The notes beneath the pieces were generated by a model. That model worked only from the letters and a program-made list of their open reading frames with translations, ran no database searches and was not told the DNA's origin. Position numbers and translations under genes: made by a program. From Podarcis vaucheri (Eukaryota), in NCBI GenBank assembly GCA_965113315.1, contig OZ220363.1: a DNA stretch of 64,000 nt; one strand, 5' to 3'. Below, in pieces: positions 61,175-64,000 of this stretch; position 1 is the first letter of the stretch, and each line of letters begins with the position of its first letter.

Positions 61175-64000
61175 TATGACTGTCAAGCCTCCCTATCTGG
61201 CCAGGCAACACACCCTCCTGAACCATACCCCTCACCAGCCCTGATTCGCACCCTCCTAAAGTGTCTTTGCCTGGATAAATGTGTCCTTGAACTCTGAAAA
61301 TGCTTCTTGCTTACCTGGGTGGAGGACAGAGGGTATGTGCATGCGAACAAACTAGCCTACTGTACAAACGTAACATCCACATTTATTGCTCTGCCCACTT
61401 TCCCCCCTGGCCCCACTCATCATTAGTTTGGGGCCCCAGGAAGGGAATGTGGCCCTCAGGCCGAAAACGTTTCCCACCCGAGTGCAATTAGTTTTAAAAT
61501 GCATCTGTGGTTATAAATACAGAACGTGACATCACGTACCTGCTCCTAAATTAAGAGTGTGATACTCCTATGGGACTGAACAGCAAGGAGCCTTCATTCC
61601 TGCCTATCATCAAGACAGCAAAATACATCCCTCTCTCTCTCTCGCTGCATTATTGGCTCCATTTGATAGCAATCAAACAACAACAAACACGTAGTTGTGT
61701 TACAGACCCAGTTTGGGATGGATTTGATGATGAGTGCTAAACAAATTAAATACATAGTGAATTAACCACTTCCCAGCCCTAATTAAATTAGCTCTACACC
61801 ACTCTCTTCCCCCCGTCCACTATTCTAGCATCTAAAATAAATTAAAAAATCCAGAGGTTACAAAGAAACCAAAGTTCTGCAGTCAAGAAGGTACAGCAAG
61901 TAAGGAAATGTGTCTACTTTAGCACAACTTTATAAAGTTTTTGAAGCTTCAGTGCTGCAGTGTGTGGGCTGCAGTGTATAAAGTCATGATTAAGAAACAT
62001 TGCTTGCTATGTGATCTATCTGCAGGCTTATTTTCTATTTTGTAACTACTATTTCCTCATGCATTGTATCCTTCTGGGATGTTCCAAGTCAAAACTGGAC
62101 AGTGAAAGAAAATTTCTGACTACCATTATTTGTCCGAAAAAGGCAAACGTTATCTTCAAAGCTGGTATAAAAGTTACCTTCAAAGAAAGCTGATTTCCAA
62201 AACATTATAAACTAGCAGAACTGGAGCAACCTGGACTCCCAGATGAGGCTCATGATAATGAAAAGTTGTAGCTTACAGATAGGACCAAGCCTGAATCCAA
62301 GAGTAGACTCTTTAAGTAGGCTGATTTTACATAGTTCATGATTTACAATGAACTTGGGAGATTTCTCCTGCTTTGTTTCCTCCCTCTGTAAGTGTGGGAG
62401 CAACAAAACACAGTCCATGGCTTAGTATTATGTCTAAAGTGGGAGATCATAGTTTGGTTTGCTCAAACTTACTAGAACTGCTCAGTCTTAGGTTCATGTA
62501 TCTACCATTTTTACTCTTCTTCTCCAATACAACCATGAGAAGTTGGGAAGCAGTGCTTCTATTTTAAACTAATTGCAGTTTGTAATTGTGTCCAAATTGT
62601 GGTTAGTTTAAACCAGCGCTCCAGATTTTGTTGCACTCAAATCAGCTCTGACTACTGGTCATGGCTGGGGTTGATGGGAGTGGGAGTCTAACATCTGAAG
62701 TTACAAAAGTTAGTCCCCCTGGTTTGAACTGCAGTTTGTCAAAACAAGTCAAGATCAAGTTGTGGTTTCTGATCCTGACTTGTTGGAACAAACCATAGTT
62801 AAAACTGCAGTCCCTGCTTTGGATGAAACACAGCTGGTTTAAAATGAAAGTGGATGCTTCCAATTTCCTCCTTGCAGCTTCATGTTCAATTGAGGGAAGG
62901 GGAGAAGGAAGCAGGTTTGTGTATGGAATTCTAAACTATATTCTGTCTGAACCAGGTGAATGCCAAGAACTAAAGCATTGGTTTCATTTTGTCATGTATG
63001 AAGTCATTTACCATGCTCAAAGAAAATTCTAATAGCTTCAAGGAGTAACGTGCTAGCAACTTAGGAGGAGAAAGTGTAGTGTAACATTAGAAGTGAAAAT
63101 TTGAAGTGACATGCTGTAGGGGAATGGAAGTTGGTGCTTAGCAATGTCCTGACATTCAAAAAAGCAACATTCCCTAAACATACTTTCTCACAATTGCTTT
63201 AAAAAGGAAACACGATGACAATGTATTTAAGGAGCATCAAAGTAGATACATTTAGTGAATTCATTGGGGTTTATTTTCTAGTACGAATGGATATGATTAT
63301 GGGAAGCTGCCTTATACCAAGTCTATTGAGCTCAGCATTGTTGACTAGACCAGATATTAACTGACGGTAAATATTAAAAATCAACTGAATGTGAAATAAT
63401 GAAATGCCTGTATGGGGATGATGTGTATTCATTTTTGTTTCCTTACATCAAGGAACAGGTCATATAGCAATATCTAGAAAGAAACAAAATAGCTATTTTG
63501 CACAAATCTGTGTCATTTCACACACTGGGAGAAATTCAATGTTACGCTTTCCTTTTCTGATTGTTCCATCAGTGGAAGCATTTCTACATTTATCTACTAT
63601 ATGTTTTGGAAAGTTGCTTGCATTTGGACACCTCTTAAGATATCATAACCAAATTTTGCATAACCATTTCTGATATCAAGGAGCAGGTTTTTGTCTATGT
63701 TTGGATATAACTGATGCCATTTTGAATCAGAATGGGAGACTCAATCTTTCAAAACTGCACTGATTTTAATTACTGATTTCAAAATTGTACTGATTTTGGG
63801 GGGCTTCTTAGAATTCCCAAGCAACACTGGGTACAAAGCTGCTATTTTTAGGTACGCAGGTGACTCTCAACTAACTCAGGGGTTATGTACTGGGAATAGC
63901 GCCTAAAATCAAAATCATATATAGTCAAACACACTGGCAGTTGCACCCACCACTGAACCCAAAGTTTTTAATCTCAGATGCCTGCCCCCTTTCCATTAAT

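Noticed and set aside
1196-63032. Most 60-160 aa ORFs in the supplied track
   Set aside because: They are translations of SINEs, MITEs and microsatellites, or antisense/out-of-frame overlaps of real exons, with no domain signal.

Overview
Eukaryotic genomic DNA, almost certainly from a squamate and probably a lacertid lizard, judged from Sauria/Squam-type SINEs, CR1/L2 relics, Penelope remnants and many hAT and Tc1/mariner-type MITEs. It holds two convergent, tail-to-tail protein-coding genes, both lacking their first exon here. (1) + strand: an intact TGF-beta type II receptor paralogue (TGFBR2-like, TGFBR2L), six coding exons at 5490-19703. The ectodomain keeps all 12 Cys, the kinase motifs are intact, and one intron uses a GC donor. 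(2) - strand: OSBPL11 (ORP11), coding exons 2-13 from 45342 down to 22753, with a ~3 kb 3' UTR running toward the TGFBR2L 3' end. All exon phases chain into open frames. The most notable observations are: a perfect 94-bp inverted-repeat Penelope insertion in OSBPL11 intron 1 with a minimal hammerhead ribozyme motif on each strand; a TGFBR2 paralogue whose ligand-contact and type-I-receptor-tether residues differ from canonical TGFBR2 (Asp32-equivalent becomes an N-glycosylation sequon); and nested transposon insertions whose order can be read from target-site duplications. No prokaryotic-type systems (CRISPR, operons) are present.
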